Origin: an uncultured Gammaproteobacteria bacterium
GTDB lineage: Bacteria; Patescibacteriota; Microgenomatia; UBA10105; UBA927
NCBI GenBank assembly: GCA_964349125.1
Contig: CAYGFH010000002.1
Coordinates: 110,484-174,483 of the forward strand
Reading direction: 5' to 3'
DNA: 64,000 nt
The position numbers were made by a program, and so were the translations under genes. Below the pieces are notes generated by a model. It worked only from the letters and a program-made list of their open reading frames with translations. It was not told the DNA's origin and searched no databases. Below are positions 1 through 9,909 of this stretch, in pieces. Every line of letters starts with the position of its first letter. Position 1 is the stretch's first letter.

Positions 1-1556
1 TTGAATCACTTCGGGGAACTGCCCAAGATGCATCAAGTGCAGTACAAGCATGTATTGATGCGGCACAGTCGGGAGACATTATTGAATTTCCGGCAGGGAA
101 ATATCAGATTGCACGCCAGGTGTTTTCACAAAAAAGCGGAATCACGCTTCGAACACAAGGCAAACAAGCATCTATGCCACGTTGCAACAATAGAACAACT
201 GATTGTGCAGAATTTGTCGCAACTTCATCGTTCCAGGGCGCCCAGGCATTATTTGTATTCCATGGGTCTAACCTGACTGTGGACCACCTCTCATTCAACG
301 GGAATCAATATGCACGAAATCATCAGAGAAATACCGATATCGGCGGGTACAATATCGTTGCAGCCGGTAACAATAACACATTCACAAATAACGTCGTTAA
401 AAATGCTCTGAAAATCGCCGCGTTTTGGATCGGAGGCGAATCAATCACTGTGAGTCGTAATCTTTTTTCCGCGAACGGGATGAGGAAAGATCCCTGGGTG
501 AATTTTGTTGCAGATGGCCTTATTGTCGCTGATACCACTCATGGAGTGTTTGAATACAACGAATTCGTCAACGGTGGCACGGACGTCGATATGATCTTTG
601 GATCATGCACGGACTGTTCTATCCGCCACAATACGTTTCGTCGAACGCCCCACATGTGGGGACACACAAATGCTGCTCTCATGTTTACCGATTGGGCCAC
701 GCCGATAGATACATCACTTGCACGGACACAGGTGTCTGACAATATGATAGATTGCGGACCACAGCGACGCTGTACGTTTGGGCTGGTAATCGGAAGTCAT
801 GCATGGATTCCGGACGCGCCGATTGCAGAGGGTGGCATGTTTTTCAACAATACCATTACCAACGCTCAGTACGGCCTTGTGATCGATGATCACAAAAACG
901 CTGAAGTGTACAATAACCCTGTGTCAAACACCACGGGATTTGCCTACTCCATCGGGCTTCATTCCAGTGGCATAGATCGATCAAAAGATACAACAGGGAC
1001 AACATATACCACGCATGATTGGGGTGGCAAGTATATGATGGGCTGTTTACTCAATTGTGACCTCCCTGCAGTAAATGCACAATTTATCAGCCAAAGTGTT
1101 CCGACAACCATGATTGCAGGAAGACCGTACGAGGTTTCGATAACACTCAAAAACACCGGATTTTATGAATGGAACACTTCGGAAACAAATGTCATGGGAC
1201 TCGGATCACACAATCCGCCAGATAATGGGACATGGGGTATGGCGCGTGTGGCGCTACCAGCACATATGAACGTAGGGATCAACGAATCACAAACTTTCAC
1301 CTTTACGGTTACAGCACCAAGCACGCCGGGAACGTATAATTTTCAGTGGCGCATGCTGCAGGATCAGGCGTACGGATGGTTCGGAGACACCACTCCAAAT
1401 GTTCAGATACAAGTGGCTGCCCCCTCACCAAACAGTAGTGATTTGAACACAGACGGCAAAGTAGATATATTTGATTACAATATTCTTGTTGCCAATTTTG
1501 GTAAACCATATACCATATTTGACTACAATACGCTGATAGGAAATTTTGGACGGTAA
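1..1556 (+). CDS. Secreted right-handed beta-helix (pectate-lyase-fold) protein with CARDB/NBR1-like Ig domain and C-terminal dockerin; 5'-truncated at the window edge
   Basis: Frame 3 is open from nt 3 (...AVQACIDAAQSGDIIEFPAGKYQIARQV..., a typical beta-helix N-terminal motif), so the true start is upstream of the track's GTG at 120. 'NNTFTNNVVKNA...SRNLFSANG' are beta-helix repeats. 'GRPYEVSITLKNTGFYEWN...TFTFTVTAPSTPGTYNFQWRM' is a CARDB-like segment. The C-terminus 'DLNTDGKVDIFDYNILVANFGKPYTIFDYNTLIGNFGR' is an EF-hand-like dockerin duplication. Confidence 0.6.
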   Translation, partial: ESLRGTAQDASSAVQACIDAAQSGDIIEFPAGKYQIARQVFSQKSGITLRTQGKQASMPRCNNRTTDCAEFVATSSFQGAQALFVFHGSNLTVDHLSFNGNQYARNHQRNTDIGGYNIVAAGNNNTFTNNVVKNALKIAAFWIGGESITVSRNLFSANGMRKDPWVNFVADGLIVADTTHGVFEYNEFVNGGTDVDMIFGSCTDCSIRHNTFRRTPHMWGHTNAALMFTDWATPIDTSLARTQVSDNMIDCGPQRRCTFGLVIGSHAWIPDAPIAEGGMFFNNTITNAQYGLVIDDHKNAEVYNNPVSNTTGFAYSIGLHSSGIDRSKDTTGTTYTTHDWGGKYMMGCLLNCDLPAVNAQFISQSVPTTMIAGRPYEVSITLKNTGFYEWNTSETNVMGLGSHNPPDNGTWGMARVALPAHMNVGINESQTFTFTVTAPSTPGTYNFQWRMLQDQAYGWFGDTTPNVQIQVAAPSPNSSDLNTDGKVDIFDYNILVANFGKPYTIFDYNTLIGNFGR

Positions 1557-1665
1557 ATTTGGATAGTGATCAGTATCTACATTATTCTTAAGGTTTTTCT
1601 CGTCTGCAGAAGCCTGAATTACTTCTTTTTTTTCCTTATTAATAATATAGTATATACTGATAGAA

Positions 1666-2688
1666 ATGGATCCTGAATTTACGGAACAAGCTCCAGTAAG
1701 ACAATCACCTCACAAAAAAATCATACTGATGCTTTCAGTATTATTATTCGGGACAGCGTCAGCTGCCATCTATTTTACCTTTGAGAGCCAAAAGATAGTG
1801 GGAGAACTCAACCGATTACAAGTATCACAAGACGCTGTCGGAGCACAGGCGACTCAATCAACAGAGGATTGGAAAACATATACCAATACGAACTATAACT
1901 TTAGCATCAAACACCCTGGTAATTGGAGTGTTACGGATAAACCATTAAATGATAAACGCTCAGGAATAAACACCGTGAGAGTATCAAACGGCTCAGATGC
2001 GGTATATATATCAATTCTTTCTGATGGATATGGAGGCGCATGTGCTTCAGAGTTTCAAAAAATACGTATCAGCGGTCAATATCGTGATGTATGCGTGTAT
2101 ATTTCAGAATCAGGAGAGAAAGCGTGGGAACAAATTACATTTGAAACAAAGAACGCTATTTTTGAACTGAGAGGATATGCAAAAACACCCGCAGATAGCT
2201 CATCATCTCTAATACCCCTCATTATATCGACGTTTACCTATGAGAATTCCGTTCAAGATTCGCAATGGAACGTATTCTCAAGCACAGAATACTCCTTTTC
2301 CTTTAAATATCCAAGTCGATTCAGCCGGTTAAATGAATTATTAGACGATGGCACATACGAGAGTATTGGATCGTTTTTCTCACAAAAGGATGAAGAGACA
2401 ATATCAGTTTCAGTCGTCAAAAATAGAACAGACTATACAGGAAAACCCGCATCCTTTGTCGCAAGACAAGAGGCAGCAAACAGCGGTTATGCGCATGCAA
2501 TAACCGAAACAAAAATTGGAAACTCTGCCGCTGCAATCACCAGCTACGACGATTCAAGCTTGGGATATGTTGTCATCACCCTAGCCCATCCGAGAAAAAA
2601 TACTTTTATAACGATTACGTTGCCAACTTCACTATCAAAAACTGAGTTCGAAGAACTGATTACTTCGTTTGAGTTTTCGATGAAGTGA
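1666..2688 (+). CDS. Hypothetical N-terminally membrane-anchored extracytoplasmic protein
   Basis: 340-aa ORF with a signal-anchor (KKIILMLSVLLFGTASAAIYF) followed by a soluble domain with no recognisable motif. Confidence 0.4.
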   Translation: MDPEFTEQAPVRQSPHKKIILMLSVLLFGTASAAIYFTFESQKIVGELNRLQVSQDAVGAQATQSTEDWKTYTNTNYNFSIKHPGNWSVTDKPLNDKRSGINTVRVSNGSDAVYISILSDGYGGACASEFQKIRISGQYRDVCVYISESGEKAWEQITFETKNAIFELRGYAKTPADSSSSLIPLIISTFTYENSVQDSQWNVFSSTEYSFSFKYPSRFSRLNELLDDGTYESIGSFFSQKDEETISVSVVKNRTDYTGKPASFVARQEAANSGYAHAITETKIGNSAAAITSYDDSSLGYVVITLAHPRKNTFITITLPTSLSKTEFEELITSFEFSMK

Positions 2689-2759
2689 AATTCTCCAGTG
2701 TCGAAATCAAACCGTACTTCTCGTTGTGACTCGTAACATCTACATGCTACCCTATATAT

Positions 2760-3938
2760 ATGTATTCATCACTAGTTAAAGTAGTCGGTTTCGTAAGCCT
2801 AGCATTCATATTCACGCCCGTTGTTATGGCAACAGGTAAGGAGACTAGCACGATCACTATTAACAAAAGTGTCCATGTTCCTGCTCAAGATAGTCCGTAT
2901 GTCAAAGTATTCGCCAAGGTTATCCCGGCTCCAACAAGCCTTAATGTGTCAGGAATGACCGGCAGCATTACCTTTACCAGTACACTCCCATATATCGCTC
3001 AAAGCGCAGTTGCTATCTGGTCCAGCCCTAACGGCACTTGTCCGGACGAACAAACTGTTTTTACCGAATATCAAACAATCCTCACCAATTTTCCCGGCAG
3101 TAAAAACATTAATTTTATCAACCTCATTCTCTCAAAGCCAGGTAGCGTCACTGTACCTGTCACTCACCAGTTCTCAGTCAAAAGACCACTGACTGGCTGC
3201 ATTTTTGTGACCTTTGACATGGCCGCAGCACCCGATGGAACTACCAGTAGCGGTGGGATCACTACCACCACCAATATATCCCTTACGTATGACACCCTCA
3301 CACCACCCTCACCTGCGCCTTTTGCAATTCCCATCGGCACTGAATACTGCTTTGGCACCACACAAGGATGTGCCAAGGCAACCACTTGCACAAATATCTC
3401 TTGTGCTTTTGCCACAATGTATAAAGTCACTTCTCCCCTCACGCTAACCGATCTCTTTGGCGATGTGACCGCAAGCCCACTCAATAGCCCAATGTATGGC
3501 ACTGCCCCCACAAGCACTTGGAGCGCTGCCACCGATTTTTATGTGTACAATACATGCGACAATCTTCCCAACCGCGTCAACGGGCCTGATAATTACTATG
3601 CACAGATTCCCGGGGATGCCACTCCCCTTCTCCATGTGCCAATAAATAGTACCTCAGACAACTCAGTCAACACTGCTGTTTCCAAAAAATTTGCCCCAAT
3701 CAAACTCGAAAAAGGCAATTGTCTCATCGGCCTCACCAAATTTTTCTCTCCAAATGGCGCTGTGACTGTCAATGCTCAGGTCTACGCCCTCCTGCAAGCC
3801 AGAAATACTACAAAGCCGGGAGATCTCGATGGCAATGGCAACGTCGACCTTTTTGATTACAATATATTGATCTCTAAATTTGGTAACCCCTATACGCTAA
3901 TTGATTTTAATACGTTACTAAGAAACTATGGTACTTAA
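2760..3938 (+). CDS. Secreted protein with C-terminal dockerin module
   Basis: Signal peptide MYSSLVKVVGFVSLAFIFTPVVMATG; C-terminus DLDGNGNVDLFDYNILISKFGNPYTLIDFNTLLRNYGT. Confidence 0.5.
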   Translation: MYSSLVKVVGFVSLAFIFTPVVMATGKETSTITINKSVHVPAQDSPYVKVFAKVIPAPTSLNVSGMTGSITFTSTLPYIAQSAVAIWSSPNGTCPDEQTVFTEYQTILTNFPGSKNINFINLILSKPGSVTVPVTHQFSVKRPLTGCIFVTFDMAAAPDGTTSSGGITTTTNISLTYDTLTPPSPAPFAIPIGTEYCFGTTQGCAKATTCTNISCAFATMYKVTSPLTLTDLFGDVTASPLNSPMYGTAPTSTWSAATDFYVYNTCDNLPNRVNGPDNYYAQIPGDATPLLHVPINSTSDNSVNTAVSKKFAPIKLEKGNCLIGLTKFFSPNGAVTVNAQVYALLQARNTTKPGDLDGNGNVDLFDYNILISKFGNPYTLIDFNTLLRNYGT

Positions 3939-5691
3939 TATATCTCTCCGTATCAAAATATTCTTACTTCTGGTTAGCATCTTATTCATTGGGGCACAAT
4001 CAACCAGAGCTACCAGTGCTCTCCTCACGGGTTCAATCATATCTATTGACCCGACTGGCTATATTCTAGGCAGAGTCACAGGCTCCAATAATAGTAAATT
4101 ACAAATTAACTTCTATCTCGATGGTCCTTCTGGTACCGAAGCCTGGATAGGTGATGCACACACGATACCCAATGGATACTTCTATTTTCAAATCCCAATC
4201 GAGAGGATCGAAGATGGTCAACGACATCGAGTCTACGTATATGCTTTTGACCCATCTGCCAGCGAATCAGACCGATCTGTACTCCTGATAGCTGGCAAAG
4301 CGCACGACATCCCTATAGTCTACCCCCTATCCCCCCATGCTTTCACTATTAATAACGTCATGCTCGCTAGTCCCACTAGCACCTCTATCACACTCGTTGT
4401 CCACACATCCCACCCCAGTAATATTACCGTTGAATATGGTCAGAACAGCAACTATGGTAGTCGAATAAGCTCCTCTAACCTTACGATACATAAAATTCTA
4501 ATATCTGGCCTCACTGCTAATCATTTATATCACTATCGCCTCACTGCCCAACAAGTATCAAATCTCACAACAATCATCACTAAATCTGACAAAACGTTCA
4601 AAACACAAGCACCACCAGGACAAGCATTTACTTTCGGCATTACCTCTGACAACCAAGGGCAGAATTGGTCCGCAATCGCCTCCAGACTACAAGAGCATAG
4701 CCCAACGCTCCTTTTGGGGATTGGCGACCATAGTGACAATTATGTACTGAACAAAATAAACCGTTTTGACTATTACCTCAGACAATGGCAATTAGATATT
4801 TTTAATTATACTCAAAATCTCACTGATCATATCAGCTCGTACTTCATTATGGGCAATCATGACTACCTCTCTCAACCAAGCAGCGGGAAATTACCCGTCC
4901 ATGTCTACGAAGATAGTCAAAAATATTTCAAGCAAATCTTTGCCAATCCAATTCCCTCAGATTCTCCCGACACCAATTATTCCTTTGAATATGGAGACGC
5001 TCACTTTGCCACTCTCGAAACATTTGATTCCTGCCCCAGCGAGTCTCAGTTAACCTGGCTCGATCAGGACCTAAAAAAAACCAATCGTATCTGGAAAATA
5101 ATTCTCATGCACATCCCCAACATAAATCCTGGCATGACTAGTACCACCACCCAATCACGCGGCAATTGTCTATTCACCAACCCCGAACGCGCCAAGTTGC
5201 TTCATAACATTTTCAAAACCAACAAAGTCGATCTCGTAATTAATGGACATTCACATACCTACAGCCGCTGGGTAAAAGATGGAGTTTATTACCTCACCAA
5301 TTCTACTTCTGGCAACTATACCAGTCACAACTCGCCCACTTCTATTATGAATATTTTTGATCTCCCCTTTGGAGAGACCGGTACACTCAATCCTCCCCGT
5401 TCAATCGCTGGGTCTGGATACATGGTAGGTTCAATTACCAGCAGTGAAATAAAAATCAGTGTGTTTAAAGCAGATGAACTATCTACTGTTACAGGTATAA
5501 AACTGCTGCAATACACAGAACCCAAATATGCACCTATAGATGCTGTCAGTATCAAAAAAAATCTGGCGAAGGGTGATCTCAATCAAGACGGCTTCGTCAA
5601 CATCATTGACTATAACGAACTTGTCAGTCACTTTGGATCAACATACGACATTAGCCATTACAATGACATAATCAAAAATTATGACAAATAA
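3928..5691 (+). CDS. Secreted metallophosphoesterase (purple-acid-phosphatase-like) with C-terminal dockerin
   Basis: Signal peptide. FN3-like N-terminal region. Calcineurin-like motifs GIGDHSDNY, FIMGNHDY and GHSHTYSR. C-terminus DLNQDGFVNIIDYNELVSHFGSTYDISHYNDIIKNYDK. The start ATG lies inside the previous gene's NYGT* codons. Confidence 0.6.
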   Translation: MVLNISLRIKIFLLLVSILFIGAQSTRATSALLTGSIISIDPTGYILGRVTGSNNSKLQINFYLDGPSGTEAWIGDAHTIPNGYFYFQIPIERIEDGQRHRVYVYAFDPSASESDRSVLLIAGKAHDIPIVYPLSPHAFTINNVMLASPTSTSITLVVHTSHPSNITVEYGQNSNYGSRISSSNLTIHKILISGLTANHLYHYRLTAQQVSNLTTIITKSDKTFKTQAPPGQAFTFGITSDNQGQNWSAIASRLQEHSPTLLLGIGDHSDNYVLNKINRFDYYLRQWQLDIFNYTQNLTDHISSYFIMGNHDYLSQPSSGKLPVHVYEDSQKYFKQIFANPIPSDSPDTNYSFEYGDAHFATLETFDSCPSESQLTWLDQDLKKTNRIWKIILMHIPNINPGMTSTTTQSRGNCLFTNPERAKLLHNIFKTNKVDLVINGHSHTYSRWVKDGVYYLTNSTSGNYTSHNSPTSIMNIFDLPFGETGTLNPPRSIAGSGYMVGSITSSEIKISVFKADELSTVTGIKLLQYTEPKYAPIDAVSIKKNLAKGDLNQDGFVNIIDYNELVSHFGSTYDISHYNDIIKNYDK

Positions 5692-7129
5692 ATCGCATGT
5701 AATTGCACAACTATTACTCTTTTTTCTGCCTCTCTGTTGCAATATCAATTATGTTTCCGCAAATACTACAACCAAGATCAGCGATATTACCATCAGTGCT
5801 TCCAGCACGATGGCTGACATGTCCCCACAGAACCTCCTCGATAATATCCCCAGTACTGTCTGGAATGCCGGGAGATCAGCGCCAGCCTGGGTCGCAGTTG
5901 ATCTTGGAAAACCCTATACAGTGAATCAGCTAGATCTGCGTACCAATCAAAGTAGCACAGGGAGAATAATCGTTACTATATCTGGGGGCCTTAGTCTCGA
6001 AACGTTGAAACCACTCATCACAATTGACCAATTCACATCCAACAAACAAGTTCTCACAATACCCTTACTCGCACCCGTTAGTAACATTCAATACATCAAA
6101 ATAACCACAACTCACAGTCCTTCTTGGGTTTCATGGTCTGACGTGGCTATCTATTCAGGAACAACCTCTGCGAATACTCATCTCAGGTATTACGGATATA
6201 TGAGTCATGACGGGCTGGTGAGTGACGTCGGCAGTAATTATTTTGCAGAAATCAGCGCTTTAGGCAATACCAATATTGCGTGGAGTACCTCAGCCAATTC
6301 ACAGCGTTTTGCTGATCATGGTATCATCACTATGATTACCGATCAAAGATGGGTTTTTTTTGACTCTGGTGGTAACCTCAACGTCAATTGGCAAACTAAA
6401 TGGAATACCCTCAAAACCCGTCTAGGTAGCGCCGACCATATTTACGGATTTTACTTTGATGAGCCTGTTTGGCGAGGGTACTCCAAAGAGGCGTTCCTGA
6501 CTGCAACTAAAACTATTAAGGAAGCCTATCCCAGCAAGGCGATTGTGGTAGTTGAGGCCGAGCCACCCATCTCAAACCACACGATTCCTGATGGATATTA
6601 TCAATATGTTACTGATATAGGTTTTGATTATTACTACACCAAAAACGGCAATGATTGGCAAACGTATCTAGATTTATTCGAAAAATTTCGCCCATATGCA
6701 GCAGGGAAAAAAATCTGGTTAATTCCCGATGGCTCCGGCAGCTACAGTAGTCTCTGGTCAGATGCCTACGAAAAATATCTCAGCATTGCTCTAACCAACC
6801 AACAAGTAGTTGGTCTGATGGGATTTTTATACCAATGGCCGACCGACAAACTCACGCTTCGTTCAGCTCTAATTCCGGGTGGATCAGTATACAACCAATC
6901 ATTTCGTACGAGGCAAATTGATATTGGCAAACATATAATCTCTACATCCAGAAATTCTATGCCAGGCGATCTCGACGAAAACAACTCGGTTAATATATTT
7001 GATTACAATATACTTGTTTCGAACTACGGTAAAACGGGATCAGTGGGGTGGATAGTAGCAGACATCGTAGCGGACGGCGTTATTAACATCTTTGATTACA
7101 ACATGCTGTTATCACAATTCCAATTGTAA
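5681..7129 (+). CDS. Secreted F5/8-type-C (discoidin)-domain protein with putative TIM-barrel hydrolase-like region and tandem dockerin repeats
   Basis: Signal peptide. 'ISASSTMADMSPQNLLDNIPSTVWNAGRSAPAWVAVDLGKPYTVNQLDL' is discoidin-like. C-terminus DLDENNSVNIFDYNILVSNYGKTG...DIVADGVINIFDYNMLLSQF. The start overlaps the previous gene's NYDK* end. Confidence 0.5.
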   Translation: MTNKSHVIAQLLLFFLPLCCNINYVSANTTTKISDITISASSTMADMSPQNLLDNIPSTVWNAGRSAPAWVAVDLGKPYTVNQLDLRTNQSSTGRIIVTISGGLSLETLKPLITIDQFTSNKQVLTIPLLAPVSNIQYIKITTTHSPSWVSWSDVAIYSGTTSANTHLRYYGYMSHDGLVSDVGSNYFAEISALGNTNIAWSTSANSQRFADHGIITMITDQRWVFFDSGGNLNVNWQTKWNTLKTRLGSADHIYGFYFDEPVWRGYSKEAFLTATKTIKEAYPSKAIVVVEAEPPISNHTIPDGYYQYVTDIGFDYYYTKNGNDWQTYLDLFEKFRPYAAGKKIWLIPDGSGSYSSLWSDAYEKYLSIALTNQQVVGLMGFLYQWPTDKLTLRSALIPGGSVYNQSFRTRQIDIGKHIISTSRNSMPGDLDENNSVNIFDYNILVSNYGKTGSVGWIVADIVADGVINIFDYNMLLSQFQL

Positions 7130-7152
7130 CTCGTATTGTTAGGGTACCGAAA

Positions 7153-8127
7153 CTACTTTCGGAAGAAATTCAGTACACTCTGGAGAATATTTTTTACAAA
7201 CAAAACGACACCTGATAGAACTCCGGCTGACTGTGCCGTGTTTTCTCCGACGGTTGTGTCTGAAAACGGAGAATATTCATTTGTATCTGAAACAACTGGT
7301 TCCTGACCCATAACAGGATCAGATATAGGTTCCTGAGGAAGATCCGAGGAATCACCCATCGGGCTGTTCCGGACAGAAACAGTTGACCCGGGGGTCGATG
7401 TAACCGAAATATTTGCCCTATTCGTTGCGTTTCTCGCTATTTGTTGGGAAGCAGTCGGACTGGGTGTTGATGTCTGCTGTACGTGTTGCGTGGGTGACAG
7501 CGTGGATTGAGCGTTGCTTTCAACGGAGACAGCCACATCACCGCGGGAAGCCAATACGTTGGTTTGTTTTCCGACAGCAGTCACAATAGTAGCAGGGTCA
7601 AGGACCAAAGATGTTTGCTTCTTTGCTTTTCCCTTTACTATAAAGCTCCCCATGCTGACGGATCCTTTGTAGGGCGATTGGGGTTGCACCCCCACAACGA
7701 CAACCGCATGATTGTTTGCTTTGGTAAGTGGCTTTAACACAATCGGAAAATTGTTTGATGGTGTAAACGAAACAATATCGAGTGCTGTTTGATCAAATCG
7801 CATATCAATGGAAGCCGCGGAAACAACATCGTCATGCGTGTCCAACCATACGTCCACCCGTGTCTGCTCTCCGACAGGAAATGCTTTTTTCCCAATCAGC
7901 AACTTTAACGATGGACCCGTATATCCGGCCTTTGTCCGCGTCTCTGTCGATTTTGATGGCGACCAAATCACCATACCAAGCACTCCAAGCGATAGAATAG
8001 AAAAAAAAGTGAAAGCGGCAATTTTTCTGTATGATCCTGATTGTTGTACTGGATCTGGTACAACCGAACGTGGCGGTTGTACAAAAGAATGTTCATCATC
8101 GATCGTCTGGTTTGCCTGTTGATCCAT
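7153..8127 (-). CDS. Membrane-anchored protein with cohesin-like beta-sandwich domain and Ser/Thr/Pro-rich linker
   Basis: Short cytoplasmic N-terminus, then TM (IAAFTFFSILSLGVLGMVIWS). The ~140-aa segment 'RVDVWLDTHDDVVSAASIDMRFDQTALDIVSFTP...SVSMGSFIVKGKAKKQTSLVLDP' has the strand pattern of cohesin domains. An STP-rich tail follows. It sits among five dockerin genes. Confidence 0.4.
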   Translation of the reverse strand: MDQQANQTIDDEHSFVQPPRSVVPDPVQQSGSYRKIAAFTFFSILSLGVLGMVIWSPSKSTETRTKAGYTGPSLKLLIGKKAFPVGEQTRVDVWLDTHDDVVSAASIDMRFDQTALDIVSFTPSNNFPIVLKPLTKANNHAVVVVGVQPQSPYKGSVSMGSFIVKGKAKKQTSLVLDPATIVTAVGKQTNVLASRGDVAVSVESNAQSTLSPTQHVQQTSTPSPTASQQIARNATNRANISVTSTPGSTVSVRNSPMGDSSDLPQEPISDPVMGQEPVVSDTNEYSPFSDTTVGENTAQSAGVLSGVVLFVKNILQSVLNFFRK

Positions 8128-8216
8128 ATTGCTCTATGAGTATCTCTATTATGCCTTACCGAGTGATAAAGTCAATTATGATTGATATTGCACTGGTATT
8201 GCCATACTATATCCAT

Positions 8217-9881
8217 ATGAACATACAGGGAATTGTTGTGCGCATTATTACGCTTAGTGTAATCTTGTTACTCCATACTGTTCCCGCTCATGCCGCACCT
8301 AACCCTCCCCAACTAGACCGTTCATTTTTTGACCGTAAGGACGTTATCTACAGCTCACAGATCCCTTCATGGGGCCAGATAGATGGCCGATTTGATGGTC
8401 AATACATGCTTAATTATAACAATAGCTGTCCCACGTGTCCTCAGCTTGTCCGGGATGCAAAAATTCCCGTAATTCGCTGGATGGTTTGGGCGCCGTTTTC
8501 TGACCAGATCGATCCAAAAACGAATAAGCCAGGTGCCATGACCGAGGAACAATTTAATAACGTCATCAACGGTATTAGAAACACACTCAATGCCCATCCG
8601 TTTATCCCGCTGCAACCGATCGCTGAAAAGATATTTTGCCCGGATACCTGGGGCGTTGATAACCTGATGAAAATGAACAAAAACATCATACGGGTGGCAG
8701 GAAATCGAGTCCAGCTCTACGAAATAGCCAATGAGCCGGAAATTGATTGTAAATGGGCTAAGTATTCCACTGGAACCGGTGGTCAGGGTGTCAAAATGGC
8801 AGATTACTGGATTAAAATGGTTCCGGAATTAAAACGCTATGCCCGCTCATTGGGGTTTGAAATTTACATTGGAGGCCCTGCTTTTTTCACCGCTGCAGTA
8901 ACGTCTGAAATGCAGGATTTCCTGACCACCATCAGAAGTGAATATAATCGCACGCAAAATAAAGATCTGATTCCTGATTTCGTTACGTTTCATATATTCG
9001 GTGATACCAACTGTACCGTAGCGGCAGGTAAGACACTGAACGATATACCAGGCTCATGTCTGGACAGCTATGGCAGCCAAATCGACAACGTCCATCATAT
9101 GATTACTACGACCTGGGCGGGAGTAAACCCTCTGCCAAAACTGGTTATCTCTGGCTCTGCAGTTTCAGTTGCTGCTACATGGCCAATAGAGCAAATTAAT
9201 GTGATTTCAGAGAAATGGCAGGAGCGATTTTTGACACTGATGCGCAGTAAAAATATATTCATGGCAAACCTCGTCACGATGGCGAGTAAAGAAGGTAACC
9301 CCCGCGATGTTATTAGAAAAGATGGATCAACCGCTCCATCATACAATGCGCTAAAAAGACTCTCACTCACTGATCCTCTAGCGATAGAATCTAGAAATAA
9401 ACTGGTAAAACAACCTGAAGGATGGTTAACCGGCGTAACTTGTGAGCAGATTCGGGGTTGGGCTTGTGATCCCGAGGATTTCAACCAATCAATCGGCGCA
9501 TATCTCTATGCCGACGGGCCAACAGGAACAGGGAAACACATTGGATCGCCCGTGGCAAACAACCAGAGCGAAAATAGTGTTTTTCAATACTGTGGTGGTG
9601 CAAAGAATCGAACCTTTTCCATGCCATTCCCATCTTCACTCAAAGATGGTAAGCCGCACACTATCTATGCCTATACCAAACGCCTAGATACCACAAAAAC
9701 AAATCCACAACTGGGTGGTTCTCCAAAAACAATTACCTGTGCGCAATCAACGGCTAAACAGGGAGATTTAAATAATGATAATCGTGTCGATGCCGATGAT
9801 CTCTCCATTCTTGTGAGTCGGTTCGGAAACCCCTACACAATATTTGACTTTAATACACTAACCACACACTTCGGGAAATAA
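8217..9881 (+). CDS. Secreted clan GH-A-like glycoside hydrolase with C-terminal dockerin
   Basis: I moved the start from the track's 8031 to the ATG at 8217, which gives a clean signal peptide MNIQGIVVRIITLSVILLLHTVPAHA. The 'LYEIANEPEID' NEP motif is typical of the clan GH-A acid/base. C-terminus DLNNDNRVDADDLSILVSRFGNPYTIFDFNTLTTHFGK. Confidence 0.5.
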   Translation: MNIQGIVVRIITLSVILLLHTVPAHAAPNPPQLDRSFFDRKDVIYSSQIPSWGQIDGRFDGQYMLNYNNSCPTCPQLVRDAKIPVIRWMVWAPFSDQIDPKTNKPGAMTEEQFNNVINGIRNTLNAHPFIPLQPIAEKIFCPDTWGVDNLMKMNKNIIRVAGNRVQLYEIANEPEIDCKWAKYSTGTGGQGVKMADYWIKMVPELKRYARSLGFEIYIGGPAFFTAAVTSEMQDFLTTIRSEYNRTQNKDLIPDFVTFHIFGDTNCTVAAGKTLNDIPGSCLDSYGSQIDNVHHMITTTWAGVNPLPKLVISGSAVSVAATWPIEQINVISEKWQERFLTLMRSKNIFMANLVTMASKEGNPRDVIRKDGSTAPSYNALKRLSLTDPLAIESRNKLVKQPEGWLTGVTCEQIRGWACDPEDFNQSIGAYLYADGPTGTGKHIGSPVANNQSENSVFQYCGGAKNRTFSMPFPSSLKDGKPHTIYAYTKRLDTTKTNPQLGGSPKTITCAQSTAKQGDLNNDNRVDADDLSILVSRFGNPYTIFDFNTLTTHFGK

Positions 9882-9909
9882 CAGAAAGACGAATTTAATA
9901 TATTTAGTG

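Noticed and set aside
1-276. Track ORF 1..276 (+) in frame 1
   Set aside because: Frame 3 is open from nt 3 and encodes a coherent beta-helix protein continuing into 120..1556, so the frame-1 ORF is spurious.
1557-1665. Possible rho-independent terminator after the first dockerin gene (AGAAGcctgaattaCTTCT + T8)
   Set aside because: The stem is only 5 bp and AT-rich. Reported here rather than as a feature.
8031-8216. N-terminal 62-aa extension of the GH-A dockerin protein as given by the track
   Set aside because: The extension has no signal-peptide character, whereas the Met at 8217 starts a canonical signal peptide. It also leaves a plausible divergent promoter spacer.
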